Virus record (IMG/VR): IMGVR_UViG_3300020043_004206
Span: 1-41,902 of that record
Origin: a virus
Lineage: Duplodnaviria; Caudoviricetes
Direction: 5' to 3' (one strand)
DNA length: 41,902 nucleotides
The notes below the pieces were generated by a model. It had not been told where the DNA came from. It did no database searches and saw only the letters and a list, made by a program, of their open reading frames with translations. A program made the translations under genes and the position numbers. Positions 32,591-41,902 of this stretch are shown here, piece by piece; positions within the stretch are counted from its first letter, which is position 1; every line of letters begins with the position of its first letter.

Positions 32591-33571
32591 TTAGAGCGCC
32601 AACCCGACTCCGGTGAGCACACCGCCACCGATGCCGCCCATCATCCCCATCATGCCGGACTGGCCGGTGGCACCCGCCTGCATTGAAGCGCCCTGCATCG
32701 CGGCATTGTTGTTGAGCGCAGAATTTCTCATGCTCATGCCCATATTATTATTGAAGCTGGCCACGTTGCCGCTTTGCGCCAGCGAGTTGTTAAAGATGCT
32801 GCTCACCTGTCCTGTCGTATTACTCAGCGTTGAAGCGCCAAGCCCAAACGCCGGACCAATCGACTGCCGGAACGGATCAAGCTCGGTATAAGCACCAGCC
32901 AGACCAATGCGCCGCTGACGGCGGGCGAGGTCAAGCTGGTTGGCTCCGAGCGCTTGGGCGCGGCGAGCTTCTTCTGCTCCGGCGAAATACTGCTCGGCGC
33001 CCATAGCAAACTGCCGCCGCTGGTCTTGGCGCTGACGGCCGTAAGCGTCACGGTTAAGAATCTCCGCGCCCGCCGCCGCATTACCTGTTGCCATGCCGCG
33101 AGCAGCAAACGCCGCGCGGGCAGATTGGGCGGCATTGCGCTGCTCCTCTGGAGAAAGCGTCTGGCCAAGAGCCAGCTCCCTCTGCGCGTCATCACGGAGC
33201 TGGCGCTGGATCGCCGTGGGACCGGACAGCAGATCGCCAAGGCTGCGCCGCTGAATCTCCGCTTCAATTTGGTTGGGCGCGGACGCAGCTTGCAGCTCCT
33301 CGCCGACAACGCCGCGCGTGCGCTGGAGGTATTCGTTGTCGAGCCGACCGGCGAGCTGGTTCGCCGTGCCAAACTGCATGTTAATGTATTCGGGGTATAG
33401 CCGCTTGATCGCCGCCTCCTCGGCGGCAGACTGTGCTTGAGCCACGCGAATCGACGCGGCGGCCATTTTGTCGTAATCAATCGGTGCCGGTGCCGATGGA
33501 ACTGGTTGCGAGACATAAGTGTTCCCGCCACCACCGCCACCAAGCCCTAAAAATCCTCCTCCACCTCCCAT
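32591..33571 (-). CDS. DNA ejection/pilot protein, 326 aa
   Basis: MGGGG N-terminus, ARGM...AGAE segment, Q/A-rich coil and Gly-rich hydrophobic C-terminus; AGGAGG RBS. Confidence 0.7.
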   Translation of the reverse strand: MGGGGGFLGLGGGGGGNTYVSQPVPSAPAPIDYDKMAAASIRVAQAQSAAEEAAIKRLYPEYINMQFGTANQLAGRLDNEYLQRTRGVVGEELQAASAPNQIEAEIQRRSLGDLLSGPTAIQRQLRDDAQRELALGQTLSPEEQRNAAQSARAAFAARGMATGNAAAGAEILNRDAYGRQRQDQRRQFAMGAEQYFAGAEEARRAQALGANQLDLARRQRRIGLAGAYTELDPFRQSIGPAFGLGASTLSNTTGQVSSIFNNSLAQSGNVASFNNNMGMSMRNSALNNNAAMQGASMQAGATGQSGMMGMMGGIGGGVLTGVGLAL

Positions 33572-33575
33572 AGTT

Positions 33576-33923
33576 TTATCCTCCTACTTTTTTTGTTAGT
33601 TTATTCCAGTCGTAGACTCTCGGCTCAAAGCCGCCTCGCCGGAACCATGCCGCGTATTGCTGCGGCCGTGTCGCCACACGCATAAACTCGCGCACAGGGT
33701 TTGCGTGGCCAACAGAAGCAGCCAACCGAACGAACCAGCAATTTGGCTTGCCTTTTTCAAAGCGTTGCTCCTCCGCGTTCCAGCGCACCTCTGACATCAA
33801 AACGAGCACTTCCGGTGTGGCATGCACAAGTCCATTGGACAGATGCCAGCCCAACAACTCCTCGAAGGTCGCCGTGGCGTCGTTTCCCTCTTGCCATTGT
33901 TTTGCCTTTTGCCATGGGGTCAT
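33576..33923 (-). CDS. Virion assembly protein (possibly a degenerate GNAT fold), 115 aa
   Basis: Occupies the slot between tail genes and the MGGG pilot gene, where podoviruses often have an acetyltransferase-like gene. Sequence support is weak. Confidence 0.5.
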   Translation of the reverse strand: MTPWQKAKQWQEGNDATATFEELLGWHLSNGLVHATPEVLVLMSEVRWNAEEQRFEKGKPNCWFVRLAASVGHANPVREFMRVATRPQQYAAWFRRGGFEPRVYDWNKLTKKVGG

Positions 33924-33924
33924 T

Positions 33925-34566
33925 TTAGCTGGCTTTTACTTCAGTGAGGGTCAGCACGGCAGAAGCCGCGCCGCCGAATCGCCGCGTTCCGCCGTTGCTG
34001 TTGTAGCCTATAGCTACTGTTCCGAGACTTGGTCCAATGCGGACAGAATAGGTCACGGCAGATGCGGTGGCTGGTGAGTCAAAGTGATGAATGGCTACTG
34101 GCATCGTTTCGTTGGCAACTTGATGACTCAGCCCCGTAACATTGATCGCTGTTGATCCTCGAAACAGCACATGGGCTGAAGAAAAACCAGTGTTTGGCGA
34201 TGCGCAGAACCCGCTAAACTGAACAAGTATTTTATTGGTGCTGCTTTTTGGAGTGATGGTTGCTGACAGAAGTTCGGAACCCTCAGTGCTTTGCGGGATT
34301 GTATCGTCAAACGGAATGACTGCGCTAATAGCTGAAGCTGTTGCAAAAGTTGAAGACACAACTTGAACAACTGCTCCATCTGCGAGCTTGGCGTTGTTTA
34401 CGGCGGCGTCCGCAATCTTCGCCGTGGTGACGTTTGCATCTGCAATCTTTGCGGTCGTGATTTCATTGTCAGCGACAACCACAGTCGGCGCGGCGGTTGA
34501 GTTGAGTTTGGTCGGGGTCACGGTCTCGCCTGAGACCCAGTTGTAAGATGCTGTTACTGTTGCCAT
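33925..34566 (-). CDS. Tail-associated protein, 213 aa
   Basis: GETVTPTKLN N-terminus, three TAKIAD-like decamer repeats and a beta-rich C-terminal domain (ITPKSSTNKILV). Confidence 0.7.
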   Translation of the reverse strand: MATVTASYNWVSGETVTPTKLNSTAAPTVVVADNEITTAKIADANVTTAKIADAAVNNAKLADGAVVQVVSSTFATASAISAVIPFDDTIPQSTEGSELLSATITPKSSTNKILVQFSGFCASPNTGFSSAHVLFRGSTAINVTGLSHQVANETMPVAIHHFDSPATASAVTYSVRIGPSLGTVAIGYNSNGGTRRFGGAASAVLTLTEVKAS

Positions 34567-34584
34567 AATTATTCTCCTTAATTG

Positions 34585-36720
34585 TTAAGCTGCATTCCGC
34601 GTCTCAGTCGGCGGGTTGCTCGGGCCTGCGGCTTCGATTGAGACGTTTCGGATTTCGGGCCGGTTGGCCGTGGTTAGAAATTCCAGTTCGCAGTAGTGCG
34701 CTTTCTGGCGGATCGGCTGCTTGAGCGTGTAGTCTTCCGCCAAGCCAGACGTGTTGGTCTGTCCCGGCACCAGCGTGATTGTGGCGTCGGGGTTGATAAG
34801 ATTGGCTTTGACCACAATGCTGCCGTCATCCGGCAAGACCACATCGGCGAGGCTGCGGAGGAATCGCTTGCTGCTCATCGTCTGCATGTTGTAGCGGCGG
34901 GTCTTGATGGTGCCGGTGACTTGGGCTTGCAGGCTGCCGCTTGGCTCGTCGTCTTTGCCGTTGTTGTTCTCATCGAGGAGATACAGCTTGCCGGTGCGTC
35001 GGACGTTAAAGATGCGGCGGACGTTGCTGTAGGTGCCGACCACCAAGGCGTCCACGCCGATGCCATAAACGTCGCGGCTTTCCCACTGATCGTTGAGGGC
35101 CGACCAAGTGACGACCAGATCGTTGGTGTCGTCCGGCGAGTCGAGGGTCGGGACGGCGAGGATGTAGCGGTTGGAATGCCAGATACCAAAGGCGCGTTGC
35201 ACCTTGCTCTGGTCGATGCGCTCAAAGAGGTCGGCGACCGGATCACTCAAGGGCTTGGTGTCGCCGCGCAATTTCAAATCGAGCTGGGTGTCGAGGCGGT
35301 AGACGCCAGCGTCCGACAAGAAGAAAACGAAGCGACCGGCGGTGACGATAGAGTTGCGGGCGCTGCACCCGATCTCGTCTGTGACGAGTTCCAGTTTGGC
35401 CACGGCGGTGTCGATGGCGAAGTCGCTGCCATTGGTCGCGGGAAATTGCGCCAAGGTAGCGAGCCAGATGCTCTTGCGGCAGAAGACCAGCGCACTGCCT
35501 TCAACCCATGGATGCACGGCCACGACAAAGTCTCCACCACCGGCGCCGGTGCGGAAGGACTGCCAGAAGGGGTCGTAGAGATCCGCGTCGAGGTAGTCGG
35601 AGATGGCAACTTGGTCGCGTCCGTCAGGGATGATGAGGCGGTTCTGGATGTAGCTGGCCCATCCGACCGAGCGCATACGCTTGTAGGTCGGTCCTTCGGC
35701 GGGCACACCGCCCGCAGCGCGGACGAAGCTGCCGCTGCCGGTCCAGTAGATCGGCGGCTTGACGCGGCGGACGCGGATATTGGCGACGGCAGCGTTTGCG
35801 GTCCCGCTTGGGACAGTGACCGTGAAGCTGTTCGTGGCGACCGTAGCGATGTCAAACTCATGGCCGTCGAACGCGGCGACGGTGCTGCCTTCGATGCGCA
35901 CGCGCTGACCGGCGCTCAAGCCGTGCGCGTTGACGTTGACCGTGGCCGTGGTGCCCGAAACGGTTATGCCGCTGGCGTTGGTGAACTGCTGCTTGAAAGT
36001 CGTAGTCGGATCAATCGGGGCTTCGCGCAGGATGTAGAGGCGATCGTAGGCTTGGACGACAGAGACGGTGTCCTGCGGATCAATCGTCTCATCCGGCGAG
36101 CTGGGATAGCCCACCGTAACAACGGTGTCGGTCGGCGAGGTGTTGCGCCAGAGGAAGGCGCTGCTGGGTCCGGCCATGACAACGTATTCGTTGGCGTTGT
36201 CGTAGTTGCGGCTGGCGAAGACTCCGGCACCGAAGATACCGCCGCCGTAAGTGGTCTTGACGAGCGGCCCCGCGTTGGCGAGCAGCGTTCCGGTGGCGTT
36301 GGCCGCCGGTGTGCCGGTCATGGTGTAGGTGAAGGTGCTGCCGCTGGCGGCCGCGATGGCGAAGTCGCCGTTGTAGCGGGCAGCGTCCGCTCCGGTGGCG
36401 CCGCGAATGTTCACGGTCTGGCCGTTGGTGTAGCCGTGAGCGGACGCCGTGGTCACGGTGGCGGTCGTGCTGCTGAAGGTGATCGTATTGATCGCTCGGT
36501 CCACGGCGAGGCTGAAGGAAAGCGTGAGCGGTTCGTCCGCCGTGCTGATGGCATCGGCGAGACGCTTGGCACCTTTGCGGGTTTGCGCTACTCCGCGATC
36601 GAGGCGCATGTTGACTGAGTCCTGCAACATGCCTGCGGGCAACGTCAGCGGGTTCAAGCGGCTGGCGAAGCCGATGAATCCGTTGTCGCCGTCGCGTTGG
36701 ACTGGAGATTCGAGGGACAT
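34585..36720 (-). CDS. Tail nozzle/tubular protein B-like, 711 aa
   Basis: Beta-propeller-like pattern (IGCSARNSIV...FFLSDAGVY...PLS) with two inserted TATV...HG...GQ.V.I.G domains. Confidence 0.75.
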   Translation of the reverse strand: MSLESPVQRDGDNGFIGFASRLNPLTLPAGMLQDSVNMRLDRGVAQTRKGAKRLADAISTADEPLTLSFSLAVDRAINTITFSSTTATVTTASAHGYTNGQTVNIRGATGADAARYNGDFAIAAASGSTFTYTMTGTPAANATGTLLANAGPLVKTTYGGGIFGAGVFASRNYDNANEYVVMAGPSSAFLWRNTSPTDTVVTVGYPSSPDETIDPQDTVSVVQAYDRLYILREAPIDPTTTFKQQFTNASGITVSGTTATVNVNAHGLSAGQRVRIEGSTVAAFDGHEFDIATVATNSFTVTVPSGTANAAVANIRVRRVKPPIYWTGSGSFVRAAGGVPAEGPTYKRMRSVGWASYIQNRLIIPDGRDQVAISDYLDADLYDPFWQSFRTGAGGGDFVVAVHPWVEGSALVFCRKSIWLATLAQFPATNGSDFAIDTAVAKLELVTDEIGCSARNSIVTAGRFVFFLSDAGVYRLDTQLDLKLRGDTKPLSDPVADLFERIDQSKVQRAFGIWHSNRYILAVPTLDSPDDTNDLVVTWSALNDQWESRDVYGIGVDALVVGTYSNVRRIFNVRRTGKLYLLDENNNGKDDEPSGSLQAQVTGTIKTRRYNMQTMSSKRFLRSLADVVLPDDGSIVVKANLINPDATITLVPGQTNTSGLAEDYTLKQPIRQKAHYCELEFLTTANRPEIRNVSIEAAGPSNPPTETRNAA

Positions 36721-36751
36721 GGGGAAGTTGGCAGTTGGCAGTTGGCAGTCG

Positions 36752-37318
36752 TCAGACCAGATCCTTGCGGGGATGGGTCAGGACGTAGCTGACGGTTTTG
36801 GCGTTGTTCCTTTTCATCTCGGACTCAACTGTGGCGATGAATCCGTTCCAGTTGGCACCGGGAGGCAGGGTCTGACAGCCTTCGCTGCCAGTAGTTTTGA
36901 TTCCGCCGCGATGGATGTTCACGCCATACCATCCGGTCTCCTCGACGCCGCCGTCACGCATGACGGTCACAGGACCGGCTTGGACGAGTGCTTTGTAGGG
37001 GTTGCCGCGAGAGATGCCGTGCTTGCCGATCTTGTAGCGGTAGACGCCGGGTTTCAGCGAGGCGTAGCCCTTGCCGTTGCTAGGATTGCGACCGCTGCGG
37101 CTTGGGTCCACGTTCGCGTTGTAGGCGATGTGCGCGTTGGGCGAGACCAGTATAATTGCGTCGTCGTATAAATTGCGGTCGTTCTTGCCCTTGGCTCCCA
37201 TGCTGTCTCGGTAATACCCGCGAATGCCGACAAGACAGACCGGATCACTGACTCCGGCGGCTTTTAGTTGCCGCTCGGTGTCTACCCGCTTTTGTTGTGG
37301 TCTGTTCTTTGGAATCAC
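36752..37318 (-). CDS. Putative endolysin with an L,D-transpeptidase-like catalytic motif, 188 aa
   Basis: GVNIHRGG...SEGCQT (His...Ser-x-Gly-Cys); follows holin-like and lipoprotein genes. Confidence 0.7.
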   Translation of the reverse strand: MIPKNRPQQKRVDTERQLKAAGVSDPVCLVGIRGYYRDSMGAKGKNDRNLYDDAIILVSPNAHIAYNANVDPSRSGRNPSNGKGYASLKPGVYRYKIGKHGISRGNPYKALVQAGPVTVMRDGGVEETGWYGVNIHRGGIKTTGSEGCQTLPPGANWNGFIATVESEMKRNNAKTVSYVLTHPRKDLV

Positions 37319-37473
37319 TTGCTTGGCTCTTTGACAGTCTTCGCGTCGAATGAAACGGTTGCCTGTTGCTTCAAGAAGTCATAGCCGATGGTCACGCAAC
37401 CACCCGCAGCGACAGCCCAGCTCACGGCGAGGATCGCAACTGCAATGAGTTTTGTGACGCGGGCGTGGCTCAT
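37315..37473 (-). CDS. Small lipoprotein, 52 aa, candidate spanin-like (not in the ORF track)
   Basis: MSHARVTKLIAVAILAVSWAVAAGG-CVTIGYDFLKQQATVSFDAKTVKEPSK; GTGA overlap with the endolysin. Confidence 0.65.
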   Translation of the reverse strand: MSHARVTKLIAVAILAVSWAVAAGGCVTIGYDFLKQQATVSFDAKTVKEPSK

Positions 37474-37477
37474 GGAG

Positions 37478-37651
37478 TCAGAGTCTCGCGTTGTTGTCTT
37501 TGGCGACGATCAAGCCCCAACCTGCGAGTAGGCTCGCGGCGATGAGGCCGAGGTCGGGCACGTTGCCGTTGGCGAGGAACTCGCGGCCAGCGGTCGAGAG
37601 TGAGGCGATGATGGTGAGTGCTCCGAGGAGCGAGGTTTTCCAGTTTCTCAT
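37478..37651 (-). CDS. Holin-like protein, 57 aa
   Basis: NWKTSLLG...GLIVAKD pattern with two hydrophobic segments. Confidence 0.7.
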   Translation of the reverse strand: MRNWKTSLLGALTIIASLSTAGREFLANGNVPDLGLIAASLLAGWGLIVAKDNNARL

Positions 37652-37860
37652 TTGTTTGCTTTCTGTTTTTTGCGGAGGTCGTGAAGGACCGAAATTAAGG
37701 TGACTATGCCTACGGCAAGACCGACACAAAGACCGCCAATGCGGAGCGCGGTCTCTACATGGCTGAACATCGAAATGGCCGAGGAGCCGAGGGATGTGGC
37801 GGTGCCGATGATGCCCTTTTCAGTTGTTGTGAAGTTGTGATGAAAATACTGCAAGCTCAT
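37648..37860 (-). CDS. Membrane protein, holin/antiholin-like, 70 aa
   Basis: Hydrophobic segments with a basic C-terminus; GAGGAG RBS; coupled to the holin-like gene. Confidence 0.6.
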   Translation of the reverse strand: MSLQYFHHNFTTTEKGIIGTATSLGSSAISMFSHVETALRIGGLCVGLAVGIVTLISVLHDLRKKQKANK

Positions 37861-37880
37861 CGCGCGGCTCCTCAGGTGCG

Positions 37881-38138
37881 TTACTTCAAGTAGGCTAGCA
37901 CGGCGCCTGCGTGCAGCTTGATCTCGGTGAAGCTGCCCTCGATGGCGGTGCCGACCGGAAACGCATAGGCGCTGCCGCTGGTCGTGTTCGCCACGTTCGT
38001 CTGGTTGCCTACGAGCGTGTGAAACTTGGTCGCGGCGTCGAGGCTTTCGACAACGCTGAATGTTCCGGTGACGGCCGTGGTGTCGGAGATGAGGCGGACG
38101 CCGTTGGCTTTGTTCGTTGTTCTGACGTTAGGGTTCAT
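37881..38138 (-). CDS. Small beta-rich virion protein, 85 aa
   Basis: FPVGTAIEGSFTEIKL..G.VLAY C-terminus; structural context. Confidence 0.6.
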   Translation of the reverse strand: MNPNVRTTNKANGVRLISDTTAVTGTFSVVESLDAATKFHTLVGNQTNVANTTSGSAYAFPVGTAIEGSFTEIKLHAGAVLAYLK

Positions 38139-38142
38139 AGGA

Positions 38143-38760
38143 TTAGTATTGGTTGACGCGGGCGGTCCACATGCTGGGCTGGCCCTGTTGGAAATAGTAT
38201 TTGTCGCGCTGGCTAATCAGCTCGCTCTCGGCCATCTGTTCCATGGCAAGTGCTTTGTCGAGCTGGCCGTCCTCTGTGAGGAGGTCTGAGGTCAGTAAGT
38301 AGCCGACCGCTTTTGCGATGACGCTGGGCACTGTCGCGGAGAGGTTGCTGGCGCTGTATTCGGTCGGACGCACGCGGTAGTTGACCCAGACGGTGGTTGG
38401 CAGGTCGGTGCTTTGCGGGAAGCGCACGCTGTCGCCGAGGAGGGTGTAGCCAATCTGGCGGGGTGCAACGTGGGTTGCGGGGTTGTCGCGGAGGACGGCG
38501 AAGACTTCGCCCATGGCGGTCTGGCCGGACTGCTCGTAGTCGATGTAATAGCCGTTGGTCGCATCGCCCTGCACGGTGCGGCTTTCGACGCGCATTAGCT
38601 CAGGCCAATCCGCCCACTCCCAGCAGTCGGCGATTCGTTCGTTGGCGGCGGCAGTCATCATGGTCTTGGCGCCGCTTGGGATAGCGTCGATGGTGGACGC
38701 ATCGTTGCCGACACGTTGCCATGCGCGCAAAAGGATAGACTGTAAGGTGACAGTCCTCAT
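38143..38760 (-). CDS. Head-tail adaptor/tail tubular protein A-like, 205 aa
   Basis: About 200 aa with N.RI...WE...WPEL and D.L..DGQ.DKA patterns. Confidence 0.65.
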   Translation of the reverse strand: MRTVTLQSILLRAWQRVGNDASTIDAIPSGAKTMMTAAANERIADCWEWADWPELMRVESRTVQGDATNGYYIDYEQSGQTAMGEVFAVLRDNPATHVAPRQIGYTLLGDSVRFPQSTDLPTTVWVNYRVRPTEYSASNLSATVPSVIAKAVGYLLTSDLLTEDGQLDKALAMEQMAESELISQRDKYYFQQGQPSMWTARVNQY

Positions 38761-39191
38761 TGTGCGTTTAACCCTGCAACAGCCTCCCCGCTCGCCTCCT
38801 CAAAGCTCGCCGCAGGACTTCCGTAGCTGGCCGCTGGCGCGGGCGTTGGATTCATGGCCCAGCCAAGCATCACGCCTTCCAGCCATGTTTTGCAGGCCGC
38901 CATCTTCGCTCCGATCGGCTTGCCTGCTTGCATCAATGCCATCTCAAGACGGCTGAGTGCGGCGATCTGGTAGGGCGAGAAATACTGCGAGACGATTTGT
39001 TCTGCGGTGAAGGTCGGCGCAGGCGGCACTCTCCACGCGCCATCCTGCCACACGGCATCCGCTGACGGTGCGGCGGGCTGCTCGGCCCAATCGTTACGCT
39101 TCGGATTGCCAGCGGCCTGCCACGCGGCCATCTGGTCGCCAAGGTCGCGGACATCGTTGGGATCGGAAATGCGGTAGTAGAGATTAGGCAT
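38757..39191 (-). CDS. Tail-fibre-associated protein, 144 aa
   Basis: PAAPS..AVW.DG.W motif; overlaps both neighbours. Confidence 0.55.
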   Translation of the reverse strand: MPNLYYRISDPNDVRDLGDQMAAWQAAGNPKRNDWAEQPAAPSADAVWQDGAWRVPPAPTFTAEQIVSQYFSPYQIAALSRLEMALMQAGKPIGAKMAACKTWLEGVMLGWAMNPTPAPAASYGSPAASFEEASGEAVAGLNAQ

Positions 39192-39837
39192 AAACTCGCG
39201 GGTGGTTGGCGACTGTCGCCGTGTTGTTGTTGGTGATCGTCAAGCCGCTCTTAACGTCTTGGAGGTCGCGGACGAGCGGTGCGTAGAAGACGAGCGACTG
39301 CGGACGCACCTTGTCGCAAGTGAAACCGTTTGCGAGGGAGGCGATTTCGGAGGCGGTTAGGGCTGCGTTGTAGATTCCGCACTCGGCTATTTCGCCTCCG
39401 TAATAAAGGCCGAGCGTTGTGTTGTATCGCGCTCCAATGCCGAGAAAATTCAAGCCTGTTGGATTGCGGGTTTCAGTAGCCGCTGTAGAGCGACCGCTTG
39501 AGCTTCCGTTAATGTATGGGTTCCAATCGGTATTGGTGTCGCTTCCAAAAGTGGCCGCAACGTGCGCCCAAGACCCAGCCGTGAGTCCGCTGCTCAAAGT
39601 AGCGCCCTGCGCCGCGCTTGCGTCGATAGCCGTAACTTGCAAATGGAACCCGCCGCCAAAGTTGTGCTGCATCAAAATACGGTGCGTCCCGCCATTTACG
39701 CCAACGCTAAGAATTGCCATGGCGCCAGACAGCGCGGTTGGCTTAACCCACGCGCAAAGCGTGAGTGGGAAGGTCGTTACAGGCGCACTTGAGCAAGAAA
39801 GGTATTGGCTGCTGGCCGATGTGAATGCTCTTGCCAT
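39184..39837 (-). CDS. LamG/concanavalin-like domain virion protein, 217 aa
   Basis: TLCAWVK, WAHVAATF, YING, IG and G.IAE..IYN.ALTASEI motifs. Confidence 0.8.
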   Translation of the reverse strand: MARAFTSASSQYLSCSSAPVTTFPLTLCAWVKPTALSGAMAILSVGVNGGTHRILMQHNFGGGFHLQVTAIDASAAQGATLSSGLTAGSWAHVAATFGSDTNTDWNPYINGSSSGRSTAATETRNPTGLNFLGIGARYNTTLGLYYGGEIAECGIYNAALTASEIASLANGFTCDKVRPQSLVFYAPLVRDLQDVKSGLTITNNNTATVANHPRVYA

Positions 39838-39838
39838 A

Positions 39839-41566
39839 TTACGCCGCGCTCCTTACTTCGACAGCGACCAACTCCGCATCGCCTGTCATGGTGTCGTTGG
39901 TCGCATCGTCCGCATTGCGAAAGACCTTGAGGCGGAAGACATCGCCCGCCGTGATGCCGTCAAAATCTGTCACGGTAATGGCCGTAGTGGTGAGAATGCC
40001 GCTTGTGCCGTTGGCCGCGCCGTTTGCTTCAACGGCGGCGGCGAAAGAGTCCGAATCCAAGTCGGTATTGCTGCGCTCAAATTGCACACCCCAGCGCACA
40101 TTGCCGCTGGTCGCCGTGGTCGCCATCCAATGCAGGCGCACGATGAGGCCGCTGCCAAGTGAGGCGGCTTCGGGCATGATGCCCACGAAAACAGCGTTCT
40201 CGTCCGTGGCCGCATCGAAGTCGAGGACGGCGACCGAGTTGCGGGTGTCGAGGGTGGCGTATGCGCTGGCTGGCGGCTGGTTGTGTTCGGCGGTAAAGAC
40301 GGCGTAGGTCTTGGAGCCGCCGCTGGCCGTAGCCGAAAGCTCCCCCGCCGACAGCGAAAGGCCCGTGCCGATTTGGATTTCTTCGACGGCTCCTGTGCTG
40401 GCAGTCGTGCGGCCGAGGATGCGGGCGGTGGCTTGCGTGAGGCCAGAGGCCGTGATGGAGCCAGAGGCGGCGTAATCGCTTTGGTCTTTTACAATAATGT
40501 TGCCAACATTGCTAAAAATATCCGCTAGTGATTCGTTTCCGCCCCACACATTGCCAAATCCGCTCACAGACACAATTTGTGAGGGACCAAGCGTGACGGG
40601 ATCACTTCCCGCTGCGGCGTGACTGGCGGCGTGCAAATTCGGGTCGCGGTCATCCGAAAGCCGCGCATCGTTACCCTCGCAAAAGCTCCCTGCCGCCGTG
40701 CCGAATGCCCCCACCTCGATGACGCCGTTGGTGCCTGTTTTGAGGGGGAGGTTGGCGGTGGTGCCGACGGCTCCTGAGTTGGTGATGTTTCCGTGGGTGT
40801 GGCTGGTCGGTGTGCGACTATTAGTTAGGCGTGTATCGCTGCCCAGCACCACCTCAGTAGCCGAGGCGTTGCCGCTTTTAGGGGTGCGTGTGGAAACGGA
40901 TTCTTTTGCTTGCTCAAATTGCACTTGCGACAATGTCGCTTGTGCGACAGTCGGAACTGTGCCGCTGCCGTTGGGGCCAACAATCCATCCGGTGGCCTGC
41001 CACGGATAAATGCTGTCGGTTGAACTTACAAAATACGCTGCGGATTGAGCGTTGTTGCCAATCGTCCACTTGTTTTCGTCAGACCAGAAAAGCGCATAGC
41101 CCGCTGCGCTTTTGTAAATGGCCTTTCCGTTGTCGCTGCCGTTGCGGAAATAAACTCCGTTGGGTTCGCCACCGCTCAGAGTTGTCGATGACACATAAAC
41201 AGCGTCGGAATAAATGTCGGCGGGCTGATGAACGTGATTGGCTTCGGCGGCATCTAAGTCTGCCGCGCTCAAGGAAACCGCGCCTGTCTCGCCATTTACC
41301 GATTGAACCGGAAAATCGCCACCGTAGCTCCAGTCATCGGCGCGCACTCCTGTGTTGTTCGTGCGAATATAAATGCCAGCCTGCCGCCGGTTCACCAGCC
41401 ACACGCCGGTTGACTCACGGACCAAATAGCTCGATCCGACAGGCGGTGTTCCGGTCGTCTGCGGCAAGTCGGCGAAGGTCGCAACCTCGCCTTCAAGCAC
41501 AGAGCCGCCGCCGCCCGATCCTTTTTGATCGAACGTGCCGCTGAAGGGGTTAAAGGTCCAAGGCAT
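39839..41566 (-). CDS. Tail fibre protein, 575 aa
   Basis: PVQSVNGETGAVSL, repeated D.RL...R.P..H motifs and a mosaic Thr/Gly/Ser-rich composition. Confidence 0.8.
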   Translation of the reverse strand: MPWTFNPFSGTFDQKGSGGGGSVLEGEVATFADLPQTTGTPPVGSSYLVRESTGVWLVNRRQAGIYIRTNNTGVRADDWSYGGDFPVQSVNGETGAVSLSAADLDAAEANHVHQPADIYSDAVYVSSTTLSGGEPNGVYFRNGSDNGKAIYKSAAGYALFWSDENKWTIGNNAQSAAYFVSSTDSIYPWQATGWIVGPNGSGTVPTVAQATLSQVQFEQAKESVSTRTPKSGNASATEVVLGSDTRLTNSRTPTSHTHGNITNSGAVGTTANLPLKTGTNGVIEVGAFGTAAGSFCEGNDARLSDDRDPNLHAASHAAAGSDPVTLGPSQIVSVSGFGNVWGGNESLADIFSNVGNIIVKDQSDYAASGSITASGLTQATARILGRTTASTGAVEEIQIGTGLSLSAGELSATASGGSKTYAVFTAEHNQPPASAYATLDTRNSVAVLDFDAATDENAVFVGIMPEAASLGSGLIVRLHWMATTATSGNVRWGVQFERSNTDLDSDSFAAAVEANGAANGTSGILTTTAITVTDFDGITAGDVFRLKVFRNADDATNDTMTGDAELVAVEVRSAA

Positions 41567-41572
41567 CGGAGA

Positions 41573-41791
41573 TTAGGAGCGAGCAACAGATGCCAGCGAG
41601 GCATCGTCGGTGGTCGGCGGGTTGGTCGTGTAGGAGAAGGTCAGCGTGGCGACTGTTTGGCCAGCGGCGCCGCCCTCTTTGTAGGTGACGGTCTGGATGT
41701 TGTTGGTGCTGCCGTAGTAGCTGATTGAGAGATAGTCGTGCTGGGGGATGTTTAATCCGGCGACGTTCCTGACGTTGATATTCGGGTGCAT
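41573..41791 (-). CDS. Small virion protein, 72 aa
   Basis: Starts 3 nt after the portal stop across the circular junction; beta-rich. Confidence 0.65.
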   Translation of the reverse strand: MHPNINVRNVAGLNIPQHDYLSISYYGSTNNIQTVTYKEGGAAGQTVATLTFSYTTNPPTTDDASLASVARS

Positions 41792-41902
41792 GGGTTAGGC
41801 GGCGGGTTGGGCGGACATGCCGAGTTGCTGGTCTTGCTGCATCTTTTGCAGCGCAGGTTGCGCGCCGGTGCGGCCGATGACGGCGTTTTGCTGCTGTTGC
41901 AA
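41782..41902. repeat. Terminal direct repeat, copy 2
   Basis: Identical to 1-121. Confidence 0.95.

Noticed and set aside
34696-36618. 640-aa plus-strand ORF
   Set aside because: Antisense shadow of the GC-rich tail gene; no RBS or recognisable motif.
41782-41902. 121-bp terminal repeat as a biological direct terminal repeat
   Set aside because: It falls inside coding sequence and its length is consistent with an assembler k-mer overlap. It indicates circularity only.

Overview
The window is best read as a complete, circularly assembled genome of a tailed, podovirus-like, probably temperate dsDNA phage. It has 41,781 unique bases, because positions 41782-41902 repeat 1-121. The minus strand carries a head module (terminase large subunit, scaffold, major capsid, portal), a replication/recombination module (HTH initiator with internal iterons, DnaB, resolvase, SSB-like protein, exonuclease) and a tail/lysis/ejection module that ends in a 2209-aa polyvalent protein with two ADP-ribosyltransferase-like regions. 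The plus strand (17.6-24.1 kb) carries an RHH-like regulator, about 14 small early genes, a tyrosine integrase and a lipoprotein. Four features stand out. (1) A 220-bp non-coding array of about ten different back-to-back dyad sequences at 5203-5420 that look like unrelated operators rather than RNA hairpins. (2) An attP candidate that carries the 5' half, not the usual 3' half, of a CAT-anticodon tRNA, next to an integrase lacking the first catalytic Arg. (3) A strand-polarised 11-mer, GTGATGGCCGC, repeated 9 times in 1.75 kb of the early region. (4) An in-frame-excisable ART cassette flanked by duplicated modules inside the ejection protein. All family assignments come from motif recognition, gene context and recall; no database search was run, and the host is not established.
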